A DNA stretch of 64,000 bases from Haliotis rubra (lineage: Eukaryota). The DNA is taken from positions 1,178,001 to 1,242,000 of the forward strand of contig NW_025765892.1 of assembly GCF_003918875.1 (NCBI RefSeq), written 5' to 3'. This document shows, piece after piece, positions 1 through 13,429 of this stretch. The notes beneath the pieces were generated by a model, which worked only from the letters and a program-made list of their open reading frames with translations, did no database searches and was not told where the DNA came from. Positions within the stretch are counted from its first letter, which is position 1, and every line of letters begins with the position of its first letter. The position numbers and the translations under genes are program-made.

Positions 1-245
1 TCATGACATTACTATCTCTAAAGAATAATTATGGATATATATCAAGTGATTGTTAGAAAATAACATTGACAGAGTTCAAACCTGTATGTCAGTCTAATGG
101 AGGTAATTCTCATTATGTCTTATCAATCCACATGATCATTATGATGGTAAAAGAATATGCTTGAAGTATGAATTAAGATACACACTGTCGTAAGGAATGT
201 GTATAGAGGCACTCTTCAGACACAGTAATATTAATCATGTTAATA

Positions 246-699
246 CAGAGTTCCAGATAAGATTTAGCTCATGTGGGTACTGTACCCACTGTATTTTGTT
301 TGAGTGGGTACTATGAATGTTGAGTGGGTATTTCATTTTCCGTTACCCACTGCTTTCAAATATGTGCGTATTTCAGTCATTTTACTGTTCTGCCTTATGT
401 CATGTCATACCTAATCAAAACCAACTTAAATATAATGGAAATGATTTCATAAAAAATCACTCATCCTATACTGACAGTACAACACTTGTCCAATACTAAC
501 AGTACAACTTGATAGCAATCGATGTCTTTTTCATTACGCGAGCGATTTTTATAAATATAGTTCGTACGCATTTGTTTCAAACTTTATGCGTATCTAACAT
601 TTTTAATGCGTAATTGGTACGCTACAATTATTTTTCAATGCATAATTGGAGATTTTCTATGCGTATTTTACCCGGATATGCCGCTTATCTGGGCCTCTG
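246..699. mobile_element. MITE with CAGAGYTCCAGATAAG-type terminal inverted repeats
   Basis: cagagttccagataag ... cttatctgggcctctg, ttaata on both flanks; related element at 41951-42902. Confidence 0.6.
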
Positions 700-1279
700 T
701 TAATATTCTCATAAATCATACAATGTTATACAGGGGTACAAATTCAACAGCAGACAAGGAGGGTAATTTTGTGCTTGTCATGGCTCTTAATCTTCCATGG
801 GTGACCCAACACTGCACAATCCATGCCATATCACAGCATGATGTCTACAAACTGCCCAGATAATATCCTTATCAGCAAGATACATAAATCACACCGCAAC
901 ACACAATGCTCTCCAGACAGTGGATGTCAGTCAAGGTGATGAAAATGGCACCAAACTACCGTATTCCAAATCACAACAGACACTGTCATCCTCAGGTGTT
1001 TTCCTACTCCAATTGTTTTTGTTCTAATTCACAACTGAGCAGGTTCGAGAAGGTTTGGAAGTCTGTGTGAACTTTGGGCAAGACTGTAAGTGAAGTAGCA
1101 TCCTTTATACAATGTTGCAGTTCCATTGGCTTGTATTTTCTGAGTAGTTTTAAATGCAAACGTTACTGACAGATGGATGACAGAGGAGCCACAACATACA
1201 CTGCTCACTTGAGTAAAATCATAAAAACACGGACAGTTCCTACTGAAAACAGTACATACTGCACAGTGGATATCTTATA

Positions 1280-2760
1280 CTTACATCACATCAACAGCAG
1301 TTATTGACAGATCCTCAATAATACCTACAGCACATCAAGAGCAACTATTGACAGATCCTCAATAATACCTACAGCACATCAAGAGCACTTATTGACAGAT
1401 GCTCAATAATACCTACAGCACATCAAGAGCAGTTATTCACTGATACTCAATAATACCTACAGCACATCAAGAGCAGATATTGACAGATGCTCAAAAATAC
1501 CTACAGCACATCAAGAGCAGTTACTGACACATGCTCAATAATACCTACATCACATCAAGAGCAGTTATTGACTGATCCTCGATAATACCTACATCACATC
1601 AAGAGCAGTTATTGACAGATGCTCAATAATACCTACATCACATCAAGAGCAGTTACTGACACATGCTCAATAATACCTACATCACATCAAGAGCAGTTAC
1701 TGACACATGCTCAATAATACCTACAGCACATCAAGATCAGTTATTGACAGATCCTGTATAATACCTACATCACATCAAGAGCAGTTATTGACAGATGCTC
1801 AATAATACCTACAGCACATCAAGAGCAGTTATTGACAGATCCTCAATAATACCTACAGCACATCAAGAGCAACTATTGACAGATCCTCAATAATACCTAC
1901 AGCACATCAAGAGCAGTTATTGACAGATCCTCAATAATACCTACAGCACATCAAGATCAGTTATTGACAGATCCTGTATAATACCTACATCACATCAAGA
2001 GCAGTTACTGACACATGCTCAATAATGCCTACAGCACATCAAGAGCAGTTACTGACACATGCTCAATAATACCTACATCACATCAAGAGCAGTTACTGAC
2101 ACATGCTCAATAATACCTACATCACATCAAGAGCAGTTATTGACAGATCCTCAATAATACCTACATCACATCAAGAGCAGTTACTGACACATGCTCAATA
2201 ATACCTACATCACATCAAGAGCAGTTACTGACACATGCTCAATAATACCTACATCACATCAAGAGCAGTTACTGACAGATCCTCAATAATGCCTACAGCA
2301 CATCAAGAGCAGTTACTGACACATGCTCAATAATACCTACATCACATCAAGAGCAGTTACTGACACATGCTCAATAATACCTACATCACATCAAGAGCAG
2401 TTACAGACACATGCTCAATAATACCTACATCACATCAAGAGCAGTTATTGACAGATCCTCAATAATACCTACATCACATCAAGAGCAGTTATTGACAGAT
2501 CCTCAATAATACCTACAGCACATCAAGAGCAGTTATTGACAGATCCTCAATAATACCTACACAGCACATCAAGAGCAGTTATTGACAGATCCTCAATAAT
2601 ACCTACAGCACATCAAGAGCAGTTATTGACAGATCCTGTATAATACCTACAGCACATCAAGATCAGTTATTGACAGATCCTGTAAAATACCTACATCACA
2701 TCAAGAGCAGTTATTGACTGATCCTCAATATCACACTACCTACAGCACATCAAGAGCAGT
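1280..2760. repeat. 44-bp minisatellite (cacatcaagagcagttattgacagatcctcaataatacctacag), ~33 copies
   Basis: direct 44-nt periodicity. Confidence 0.97.
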
Positions 2761-3586
2761 TCTAAGATGCCTTGCAGTGAGAACAATAAAAAAAACCCAA
2801 CATTATCAGACAATAAAGGTATAGTTTTTTGATGACGTAACAATTGAATGACGTTATCCTATCACTGCGCCATTCTAGTGTGCCCCCTCGTAATCGAATT
2901 AATTTACATTACGTCACAATGTAAGCGACGTCACGATGCATGTCAGTTGTCATCGCCTCGTACGGCCTCCTACAGTAAACTACTCCGTTGCTTCCCATTT
3001 CTTGGTTTGCAGTTGCTTCACGCAGCTAATATCCCTGGTGGAAACGTTAAGTTTATGTTTTACGACGGTTAAAATGTGTCAATTCGACTCACAAGTTTTC
3101 AGCGACACAGTAACGTTCGCAATGTTTACATTCCCACAATGCAATCGTGGAATGTCGCTTGACTACTCAGTTTCATCTGGATGTACTGATCTAAACTTAA
3201 GTTGGTAGTAGAAATGCGACGTTCATATTGCCCCATATGGTTTACGTTAATGACAGATGTAATTAAAATAATTCAGAGAAGATATTTAATCCTAACGTAA
3301 ACCGTCATCAAACTGTTATCATTTGTTTTTTTCTGGTAATGTTCGTCTTAACTTAGGGGGGCAGAAACATCAATAGAACAGCGAGCCTGTTAGCCTTGTG
3401 AAAGGATTCTTAATTTAGGTCACCGACACCGTCGTTTGTTTTCTGCCTTAAATTAATCGTAATTATCCTTAGAAAGTATTAAATTTGGCATCTTAGAAAG
3501 CGTCCTCGTACTTTAACTATAATAGTTCAGGGCGAAAGTGTGCTTTATTACACTATACATGGTGGTAGAGCGAACTGTATTTCTTA
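2761..3586. mobile_element. unclassified ~0.8-kb insertion splitting the 44-bp satellite
   Basis: satellite unit stops at gagcagt and resumes at ttattgactg; CpG-rich non-coding interior. Confidence 0.5.
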
Positions 3587-3888
3587 ATTATTGACTGATC
3601 CTGAATAATACCTACAGCACATCAAGAGCAGTTATTGACTGATACTGAATAATACCTACAGCAGATCAAGAGCAGTTATAGACAGATCCTGAATAATACC
3701 TACAACACATCAACAGCAGTTATTGACCGATCCTCAACAACACCTACAGCACATCAAGAGCAGTTTGACTGATCCTCAATATCACAATATCTACAGCACA
3801 TCAAGAGCAGTTATTGACAGACCCTGAATAATACCTACAGCACATCAAGAATAGTTATTGACAGATCCTGAATAATACCTACAGCACA
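3587..3888. repeat. 44-bp minisatellite, second block (~7 copies); one more unit at 5023-5075
   Basis: same unit as 1280-2760. Confidence 0.93.
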
Positions 3889-3897
3889 AAAGGGCCT

Positions 3898-5018
3898 ACC
3901 TTTAGAATACAGCACCTCAAACTTTAAAAATACGTCATAATACCCTTTTACGTAATGTAATGTGATTTTGTTCGAAAGCACGTTCTCGAAACAATGCCCT
4001 ATGACGCCTGCATGGCAACACGGTTGTCTAGCTCAGCGAGTGCGTATAAGCTCCGCTCACTGGTGTTTCATCTCTACTAGCTATGTCATTGCATAAGCCC
4101 AACGATGTTGAGAGTTTCCAGTAGTTGTATACAGGCGGATGCGCAATTTTTTGCAAGCACCAGTTTGAAATATTTTTCTTTTTTTCACTAATACGCTCAT
4201 ATTTATTTGTATTACGGGGTCCTGAGGTGTTATGTTTTGTGTATTATTGTATTTTGGTTTTTAGATTTAGCGAGAATGCGTTACACCGGTCTATATTATA
4301 TATATTCGATTATTCGCAATTTTGGTCAATGTAATTATTTAAATTATGTAAATATATTTTATATTTCGGTTTCTAAGTAACTATTAAGTCTAAATTATTT
4401 ACCAATGTGAACTGACATACATATATATTTTTTTCATTCAGTAATTTGCACCCTCGTGCCGTCACTACACATGCTCATGTCTCCCTCGTTCCTTAGTGTG
4501 ATCCACATTATCCTTACAGTGTTCCCTACATCACTTTTCTGTCCCAAAATCACCGATTTATATAAAAGCGTGTCATTCATGCATGCACCGTGAAATCTAC
4601 GTCTGACGCCTGACGTCAACAACCCTTTTCAGTTTGAGGCATATCGGCTCATTCCACGCCACACGTTATCTTGTAGATTACGGAAAGGGACGAGTGTGCC
4701 AAATGGCATCGGATCCATTCGGCAATTGTCTGTAGATTAAAATCACGAGACATAAAGTCTACCTGTAACCTTCGTAACTCTCCGTGACCTATTTGACTTT
4801 TTCCGTTCATTTTTGTGACGTCACAGGAATGACTTGATAAATTTGCACATTGTGCAACAGTGTGGACGTAGCTCAGTCGGTTAGCTGTCGAGCTAACAAT
4901 CCAAAGGTCGCGGGTTCGCGTCCGACGGGTTCTCACAAACTGGTTGCTTGTCTTAATGACACGTGACCTATGGCAGAGATCGTCCTCACGAGAAGTTGTG
5001 GTGCTGTATTCTAAAGGT
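3898..5018. mobile_element. non-autonomous DNA transposon with 23-bp TIRs (ACCTTTAGAATACAGCACCWCAA)
   Basis: 3898-3920 is the reverse complement of 4996-5018 with one mismatch; flanked by satellite units. Confidence 0.8.
4864..4936 (+). pseudogene. tRNA-like sequence (A box TAGCTCAGTCGG, B box GGTTCGCGTCC) inside the TIR element
   Basis: Pol III boxes at tRNA spacing; CTAACAA loop; stems pair poorly. Confidence 0.55.
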
Positions 5019-5124
5019 GCTCCAAGAGCAGTTATTGACTGATCCTGAATAATACCTACAGCATATCAAGAATAGTAATGGCCATCAGTCATTTCAATCA
5101 CTGACCATGACCTCTGTCATCGTT

Positions 5125-5305
5125 AACGGCGACATTTCGACATAAATTCTAATGTCGTTGTCGAATCTATGTCGCAACTTCGCCTTTCACAATAAAAGAA
5201 GTTGTATATCCATAAAAATTGTCACCATTGTCACTTACTCCCTTGACGACATTATGAATCTAAGTCGAAACAGCCGTAACAATAAAAGAAGTTGTTTGTA
5301 ATCAT
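5125..5305. mobile_element. Penelope-like terminal repeat fragments
   Basis: two copies of gtcgaaac...aataaaagaagttg; same family as 32549-32743. Confidence 0.45.
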
Positions 5306-6318
5306 TCTTAATTATTGGTGTTCCCCTGAAATCCTCGTGTTTGGTCAGATCAGAGCTGAGAGGCCATATAACAGTAAAATGTGGCTAGAGCAAGTACTAT
5401 TCCTCCATTGAGACTGTTCATAATTTATGGTTTGGTCTGAGGCTGAGCACGTGACACAGGTCACGGTCATGACCTACATCAGTGACAAGCCTTGATTTAT
5501 CTGGAAGATAATCTCAAACCTGTCATGGAAACTACGCATATTACTGTGTGTATCTTTTCAACGATTCAACGATCAATAACGAGATCAGAGAAGAAGTAAA
5601 ATAAACTGTCAAATGGATGTCATGCGTGATATCCAGACAGAATCCACCGCTCGAGACGGCACAGGTAGTCCACCCCGGCTCGTTGCAGCCGGTGAAGATC
5701 GGCCCTCGATTAGTCTGTATGGAAATGAAACACTTACATTTGGCGATTGTGTTCGCTGGCAAAATGTTGGACAATTTCAATCTACACAATGATCATGTCT
5801 TGTAGAGAGCCAAATTCACGTCATATCCGTGTCCCAGCCTCCTAAACATGGCGGAAGGTTTTACGTGGGTTATTTTTAGATACATGGGTTTCGACCCGTT
5901 TTGACCTGAATAAGGTTATGTTACCCTCTTCTTTATCAGACTTTGCAGTTTGTGGCTGTAGCCTTCCAATTTATTCTAATGTCCCCAACTGCTATTTATA
6001 TATTGACAAACACGTTTAATTTAAACACAACCTTTGTTCCAACCCGTAACTTATCTGACTGCACGACTTTGTGCACGTGCCAACTGGTACAAACTAGTAC
6101 ACTCGCATTCTTCTACACAGGGGACATAACTTGGGATGGTATGGAAATGGTTGATTCAAGTCTCTGAGTGATATTTTCCATGCGATTACTTTTGGTTTGA
6201 TAGATACAACACATATCCTTCCGGTATTTAGGTGGTGGTGGGGTTACACATTACATTACGACATTTGATACAAAGCGAGCTTCTTCAAACTCTGACCACA
6301 ACTGTACGTGTCTACCGG

Positions 6319-6477
6319 GGGGTAGCCTTGCGGTTATTCAAAGCGTTCGCTTGTCACGCCGAAGACTCGGGTTTGATTCCCAATATGGGTACAACGTATG
6401 AAGCCCATTTCTGGTGTCTCCCGCCGTGATATCGTTGGAATATTGCTAAAAGCTGCGTAAAACTAGATTCACTCACT
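6319..6477 (+). mobile_element. tRNA-derived SINE with (CACT)n tail
   Basis: A/B-box head, ggaatattgctaaa 3' core, 8-bp TSD tctaccgg. Confidence 0.85.
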
Positions 6478-7483
6478 CTACCGGACTGGAAAATATCATT
6501 TTTCACATGGATGTTAGACCCTATCAATATGACCCGATTTTACATCTGGCACGAGAAACTTCCAGTGAAGATGAAGAAAAGAATCAAGCGAAACGGACTC
6601 ACCACTTGATATCAACACAATTTTTAAATTAGACGATATAATTTATCAGCAATTTTATTTGTCAGCAAAATGTGATACAGTTCCAACCAGCACACCTAAC
6701 CCTATAATTAACTACCAATCCCTTAGAATGTTTGTTTTAAATGTGATTGCAGTTTCCCTTTGTGTGTAACGGGTGCATGACTGCAGGGAGTCTGGGATTA
6801 AGTTTTATAAAAAAAAAAAGCCCAAATTGATTGTTCCAGAATACGTTTTAAAAAGTGATTATTACTTCAGACGAGGGCTAATGGAAATTGTCTGCTACAA
6901 AAGTTACACTGTTGCAAGGGATTCACTCCCAGTAGTTAGACATCCCAATTGTCAGACACTAGCAGGGGCGGATACAGCTTTTTGAGAAAAATGAGTGATA
7001 GATAATGGGTTTTTTAGGGTAGGCTACAGTGCTTGGGGTACCAAACAGGAACGAATGTTATAGCGAAACATTTTCAATCTCATACTGATTTTGATACTTA
7101 CACATTTGAAGTCATGAGTGTAGAAGGAGGCTTGTTAGCAAACTCTTTCTCTCTGTCTCTCTCTCTCTCCTCCCCCAAACACTAGCCCATGGGTCTTAAA
7201 AGAATCTCCTCCTAAAGAAAAGATATACCTTAAACCCTTTAACATCCTGTGACATTCTCCCATGTTGTAAGTTTACGTCCTCGAAAATAACCACATATCT
7301 AAATTTAGATTTTTGTATATGATACTGGAATAGTTGCTTGTACTACAAATATCTACTCTACCCTACAATATATAATACACTGTGCATTTTATTTTATATT
7401 CACAATAACCATTTACTCTGCTCTCCTTGAACAGAATGAAATAGATCCCATGACCTAACTACGACCTAGTATTAGTGAAACTA

Positions 7484-7909
7484 TACTACCCATCAAAAGT
7501 TTAGACTCACTAGTGCAAATGTAGCCACTTACTTGTCCACTGTTCTAAACTAGCTTTTTGCAAAATATTCCATACTGTTTAAAGGTACTGTTTAGTTATG
7601 AACTGGTGTATTGTAAAACATATTCGTAACATTGAAAAGATTATTGTCATGAGTTCAGTAAATGATTAAAATCTGTGAAAATTGGCGAATTCTTAACAAA
7701 ACTTTACACCAAAACGAATCTGTTCACATGCACGACATTTGCTCATGCCTTTCGCAATTTGAAGCATCATCCTTGTGCAATTCATCTGCATAAGGTTTTC
7801 AGTTGGTTCCCCCCAAGTTGGTGGAGAAATTCATCTTCGATGTAACCACATACATATACATAACATATAGTGAGTGCTTTCAGTGAGTCTAAACTTTTGA
7901 TGGGTAGTA
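7484..7909. mobile_element. Tc1/mariner-type MITE
   Basis: perfect ~28-bp TIR tactacccatcaaaagtttagactcact; TA flanks. Confidence 0.85.
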
Positions 7910-8019
7910 TACATTCAAAACAAATCTTTGGTGACTGAAATGATCAGCTATGTTATACACTATACATATACACAACTACTACTTGCCTGTCTGCTTTAAT
8001 ACATTACTTACCTCTTGTA

Positions 8020-9430
8020 TTGCAACTTTCATGAGTCTCGCACTCAGGTACTCTCTGTGCTACTAAGATTATCAGAGACAGGACCAGTAGGGGGATCACC
8101 TGATTTTTTTGTGTTAACAGATTTTGGTATTGTGAAGGTTGGAGTGCTTTCCCTTATTAGCCCTGGCACACCTCCTCATTGGTTCTTTCACCTTAGGTGG
8201 AGGTGAGACAGGTGCTTGAGTGTCTGCATTGCCTGGGTATTCTAACAGAAACATCTTGTCATCAGAGGACTCGGAGGTCATTTAAGACTGAACGCACTCT
8301 CAGTACCTTGATGCCCTGCCTGGTAATGTATACTATGTAAGACCTTCTCTTTCAGGATGGTGGGAAGTACAAGTTGTCTGATCAGTCCAATGCAGGGATC
8401 TTGAATTTCTCTGTAAAGGAGCTGTTCTTGCTTTCCCACTTGGTTGGTTTTCGCTCCATGCCAATATAATGCAGTGTTTGGATGGCAACGTCCTTGATTT
8501 GCATGTAGTTATGAGTCGCTAATAATTACATGCATTCCCAGTTCGTTTGTTTCCAATGCTGTGTTTTTGAACAGTGACTGGAAGCGTAAGTCCTTCTTGG
8601 GTGATGCTCCACTTGGTCTGATCCCAGTAGGGTGTTATGGAGGCGGTGGCTGTTGGGGCTTGCTGTGTCACAAATCATGTCTTGACTTGAACACAATGTC
8701 ACCGAGATCAGACAAAGAGCTGTTGCGGACATTGTCTTCATTGAACAGAAGTATCTATATAATGGGCGTTGAGAGCATGTGTGAGTGGTACTGTAACCCT
8801 GTTGGAATACATCCTACGTCATTACATCCCCCGTTAACTCAAAAGTGAAAGATGAAAGGATGCGGTGCAGGGAGATAGTCTTGAAAACTACCAAACATGG
8901 AGAGTACTCTTCTGTTGTGCAAATGTATGACTTCCTAGTGTGCTTAATAGGACCGTTCAGTAGATCTATCCGCAAGTTGAGAATTATGCTATCAGCAAAT
9001 CTGCCCTCAGTCAAGTGACACGCCCTGAGTAGGACGTGAAGCCTGTCTGCATACAGATTATATAGGTATGCCAGTACCATTATATTTATTTGTGATTCCT
9101 TGACCACTCCAGCAGCCCACTGAACAACAAATCTAGGTTTAGATAGGATGGGATGCCAGGATATATTGTTTCGATGTAAATTGATGAACGTTCAGACCTG
9201 GTATTGTTTTTCACAATGTTTATCAAGCGAACCATCACTTGCAGATATATGGTGCTGGACACCAGGTGGATACGATGTGTTGAACATCCACACTGTGTCA
9301 GATTATTATTTCGATTCATACTCAGAGGAAATATTTTCTGTTTCGTTCAGAGAATGTAATGGAAGCGTTTATTGTCCCAGTCTAAAGAGAATCAATCGCA
9401 GATGATACATTGGAGGTATTATAATCTTGG
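8020..9430 (-). pseudogene. decayed Gypsy LTR-retrotransposon internal region
   Basis: 8280-8440 translates LLYREIQDPCIGLIRQLVLPTILKEKVLHSIHYQAGHQGTE, the start of an integrase H2C2 zinc-binding domain; rest broken by stops; outer limits approximate. Confidence 0.6.
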
Positions 9431-10500
9431 TTTTTATTCTACGTAGCTGATATTATCATTGGCTATTGACTTTTCGACTTTGGTAACCATATTACATCAA
9501 GTAATTGACAATAGGACTGCGTCTGTAAGTCCGGATTTATATAACAATGACCGAATTCTTTACTTTTTTCATCTAACTGCGATCATAGAAAAATCAATAG
9601 AGTATGTCTTCCTTTAAAGAACGAATAAACTTTGTTTTTTTGTACACTTTTAACCAGTATATATGAAAGACTTGTGGTTAGGCTTCAGCGGAACACCAAA
9701 TTCATTCTTAAAAAACTTGTGGTTAATTAATACCGCGCGATTAAAAGTTGCCAAAAAGCCGTCTGCTTCACTCTCGCCCGCCAACAAAACCACAGAGAGG
9801 TTAGGTAACTCTGTCGCCAGAGCACAGCAGCGAAGGATTTTCAGTCAGTTGTATATAAAGTGTGTAATAAGCTCGTCATTTTGCTGATTTCTCGACGTTT
9901 TCATCGAGTATAAAAAATCAAAACTACTTACCATTTGTAGTAAAATATGTATATGGTTGATCACCAAAAGGATTTTCCATGACACAACTTGTAATATAAC
10001 GATTTCTTCCTCGGAAGCGAGGTTGTGGCCGAAGTAAGTAGTATTATATTGACACCCACCTCGCTTCAAAGAGAGAAATTGTTATGTTATAAACTTTGTC
10101 ATGCAAAATCCTATTGACCATCAATCAAATACATATTTTACTACCAGTACAAAGTAGTTTTGATTTTGTAACTCGGTGAAAACAAACTTAAATAGCATTT
10201 ATTCTCAGACTGTCGGATGTTCGCGACAGGACGCCGCCATTTTTAAAAATCGTACGTCACGGGCAAAAGTTTGTTCGAAAATAAATGAGATTATGGTTTG
10301 TTTTCATCAAGTCAGAAAATCCAACTCGTAGTTAAATATGTATTTGAATCATGACCAAAAGGATTTTGCATGACACAACTTGTAACAACGATTTCTTCCA
10401 CTGAAGCGAGGTGGGGGTCCAAGTGAAAATATTGTGGATACATTTCTTGCTACATTCACGTGGTTAACGTCCACTCACCACTATGTAGATACTAGTCCTT

Positions 10501-10668
10501 AGGCGGATCCAGAGGGGTGGGGTGGTCAGGGGTGCACCCCCCTTTATTTTTGTCCTGAAAGTTTATTAAATGAACATTGAAACTCGGGTGAAAATGAAGT
10601 GGGCACCCCTCCTATTCTCAATAGCGTGCACACACCCCTTTTTTCTCAAAATGCTGTATCCGCCCCTG
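10501..10668. mobile_element. short MITE with GGCGGATMCAG termini
   Basis: aggcggatccag ... ctgtatccgcccctg; a lone similar end at ~6963. Confidence 0.6.
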
Positions 10669-12727
10669 CAGTCGACCTTCTTCCTGTAACCGTGATGACC
10701 GACGCTGATAATCGTTTTCACTATCACTGGCGTCTGGCTCGAACAAATAAGGCCTAGGGATTGTTTCTTCATTGAATATTGAATGGAAAGATTGTCGCTG
10801 TCTGAATTACTTCCGGACATGTTTAGAGTCTGTTTTGTACCGAAATGCCAACCCACTGAATTAACCATATTTCAATCACTTGACATAAATGGTTTAACAC
10901 CCGAGTAAATTGGGGAACAAAAACCAGACCTAGCCAACAGGTAACCCTTATGACAACACGCGAATTTGACAGAATCGTCTATGAAAACAAGTTGTAACTC
11001 GGAAGCTAGGCAAAGCAGGTGACAAGATTCAATGACAGTAGATTGTGAAAACATAAAGCTTTCATTTTTCACAACAAATGTCACGATTTCGGGTTCAGGC
11101 AAACCTGCAAACAAGATAATTTAAACAACAACCTCCCCCCCCCCGATGTACATGAATTCTACAGTGCCCCTCATATAAATACATCACATTACGTCACGGA
11201 AACGGGCCTTCTGATTGGTTGAAATTTCGTTCGCGGGAGAGAATTATGCAGTACTGTCAAAAAGGTGGCTTTAAGTTAATTAATGGTCGACTTAGGTAGT
11301 ATAAATGACGGGGTTTGATTTATAACGATTCCATTATATGATTTATGCATTTGTACCCCCGTAGAGTATATGTGATCTTTAAATGCGTCGAAGTTTTATG
11401 AACTGACTTCATATTATTTGGCGCACTTAAATGGTGATAGTTTGACAATTTGAATGATTTCAGTAAGATTGGTCTGTTATCCGTTATCTGTTGAAGGCAT
11501 TTCCGTGATATTTCTGATCATGAAAATGAAACATACGATACGACAGCGCAATAAATGTACAAGAAACACCAAATTACCACCACTACTTTAAGTGCAGTAT
11601 ATATGTATCATATCGCTTTCGAAGAATTCATTAACAAGTAACCACGATTTGAAAGTAAAAAGTCGAACACTTCGCTGACCACCAATATGTTGACAACATG
11701 TAATAACTAAAGTTTCAATTCAACACTCAACAGCTATGAAGAGCGGGCTGGTCTTTGGTACTGGTTTAGAATAGTCCTAGCAAGTCAGTGACGATGGTAA
11801 CGTACAAGATGGCGTTGATGGTTGCTGCTAGTATCAATCACTGAATTGATACGATGAGAAAAGGGATAAATAACCAAATAAATGACACTTGTATAACGTG
11901 TGGAACCTTCGATGGCTGAGTGGGTCAGATCGCTGACTTGGTGTATTGGCGAGTAGATCGGACTCTGAAAACCTATGTTTGAATCAGCCACAAAAGTACT
12001 TGAATCTATACTTTACAGAAAAAGTGCCATCCCCAAAATAACATACGTTACATGTCTTCCCACATAGAGCAAGGTGTTAATTTGAGTGGACCCTCAGTTT
12101 CGGGGCTCGTGAATTCTTGCAAACTCTCAGTTTTTACAAGAAAGCCCACTTCAAGGCTTAAACGTATATTGATGGCAAGCACTGTCATCAGTTAGTATAT
12201 TTTAATGCCTGTTTCTGTACTTACAGAAAAGTTCACACGACAATTAGCCTATTATTTTTGCACTTTTTCAGCATAAAAAGTATGTACCTTGTACTTTCAC
12301 AGCCAAAACTATACAGATATCACAAGTAACTATACTATTTTTGCATTACGTTGTATTTTTCAAATTTACTGAGAATTCTTTCTCCACAATATGTACATGT
12401 ATAAAGTCTTATACCTCTTTCAATATGACATTGGTGCCAATTGATATATAATGTTGGAGTGAAGTCACGCTACCTTACAGACCACGTGGTGAAAGTACTG
12501 GAGAAAGTGAATGCACGTGCTTGAGAAGGGTTTGACTGCACTGAGCCTATGAAGTAGGTACACGAGGACGGACGGGCGGTCGGACGAGGGCACTGAGACT
12601 ATTTATAAAGTTACGCCACGACTCAAGCAAACAACAACGCACACCTTAGGAACGTGTAGGCCTGGACATCGTTACGCACCTGGAAGTGAACCAATCATCA
12701 ATTGTGAGATTTCAACCAATTCCCAAC

Positions 12728-13423
12728 ACTAGCTTCCACCAGTGCAGCATCCATGGTGGGGGTGCCTATACAGCAGATTATGGACACAGCTGGATGGTCT
12801 TCTACATGTGTGTTTGCCAAATTCTATGCCAAACCAGTTTTACCTGTATCATGTTCTTATAGCAATGCTGTTTTATCATCTGGTTCTGCATGTTAAGTGT
12901 TCTAGTAAAAGCCTTATGCTTGTATTGCGCTCCAGTGAGAGATCTAAAATGGTACCTCATCAGTATTACCTCATTGTAATGTTCCAATGTCTCTTAATGA
13001 TGATGTTTGAAGTAGTATACATTTATTATTTGTTATAATTTTTGAAATATTGTATAATGAATAAATATAGTTAGCTTTAACACCTTGTTGAATATTTTGT
13101 CCAATTTACTGTGGACTAACTACAAAATCTCATGTGGTCTCTCATGTGACCTGGTACTGAAGGAGAATTGTAAATTTAAACGAGACTTACCTGTAAGGTG
13201 AAGTTTGAAAGCAATTCTCCGAGGTACCAGGGCACAAGTGAGATCACATGCCACGCCCTCCCGCCCAGGGTTCTGTTTCGGTGTTCTTTAGTCCACAGTA
13301 AATCTTTAAAGACTGACCCGTTTGCGCATGCGCAATATCATGTGATCTCACTTGTGCCCTGGTACCTCGGAGAATTGCTTTCAAACTTCACCTTACAGGT
13401 AAGTCTCGTTTAAATTTACAATT
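12728..13423 (+). mobile_element. DIRS-type tyrosine-recombinase retrotransposon, 3' remnant
   Basis: ~12730-12840 reads ASTSAASMVGVPIQQIMDTAGWSSTCVFAKFYAKPV (YR C-terminus with catalytic Tyr); followed by complementary terminal repeats 13166-13250 / 13339-13423. Confidence 0.8.
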
Positions 13424-13429
13424 TTAAGA

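Noticed and set aside
1280-2760. CRISPR-like periodicity here and in the other arrays
   Set aside because: Units are contiguous with no unique spacers, no cas genes, eukaryotic context.
4864-4936. Functional tRNA-Val(AAC)
   Set aside because: D, anticodon and acceptor stems pair poorly; lies inside a transposon.
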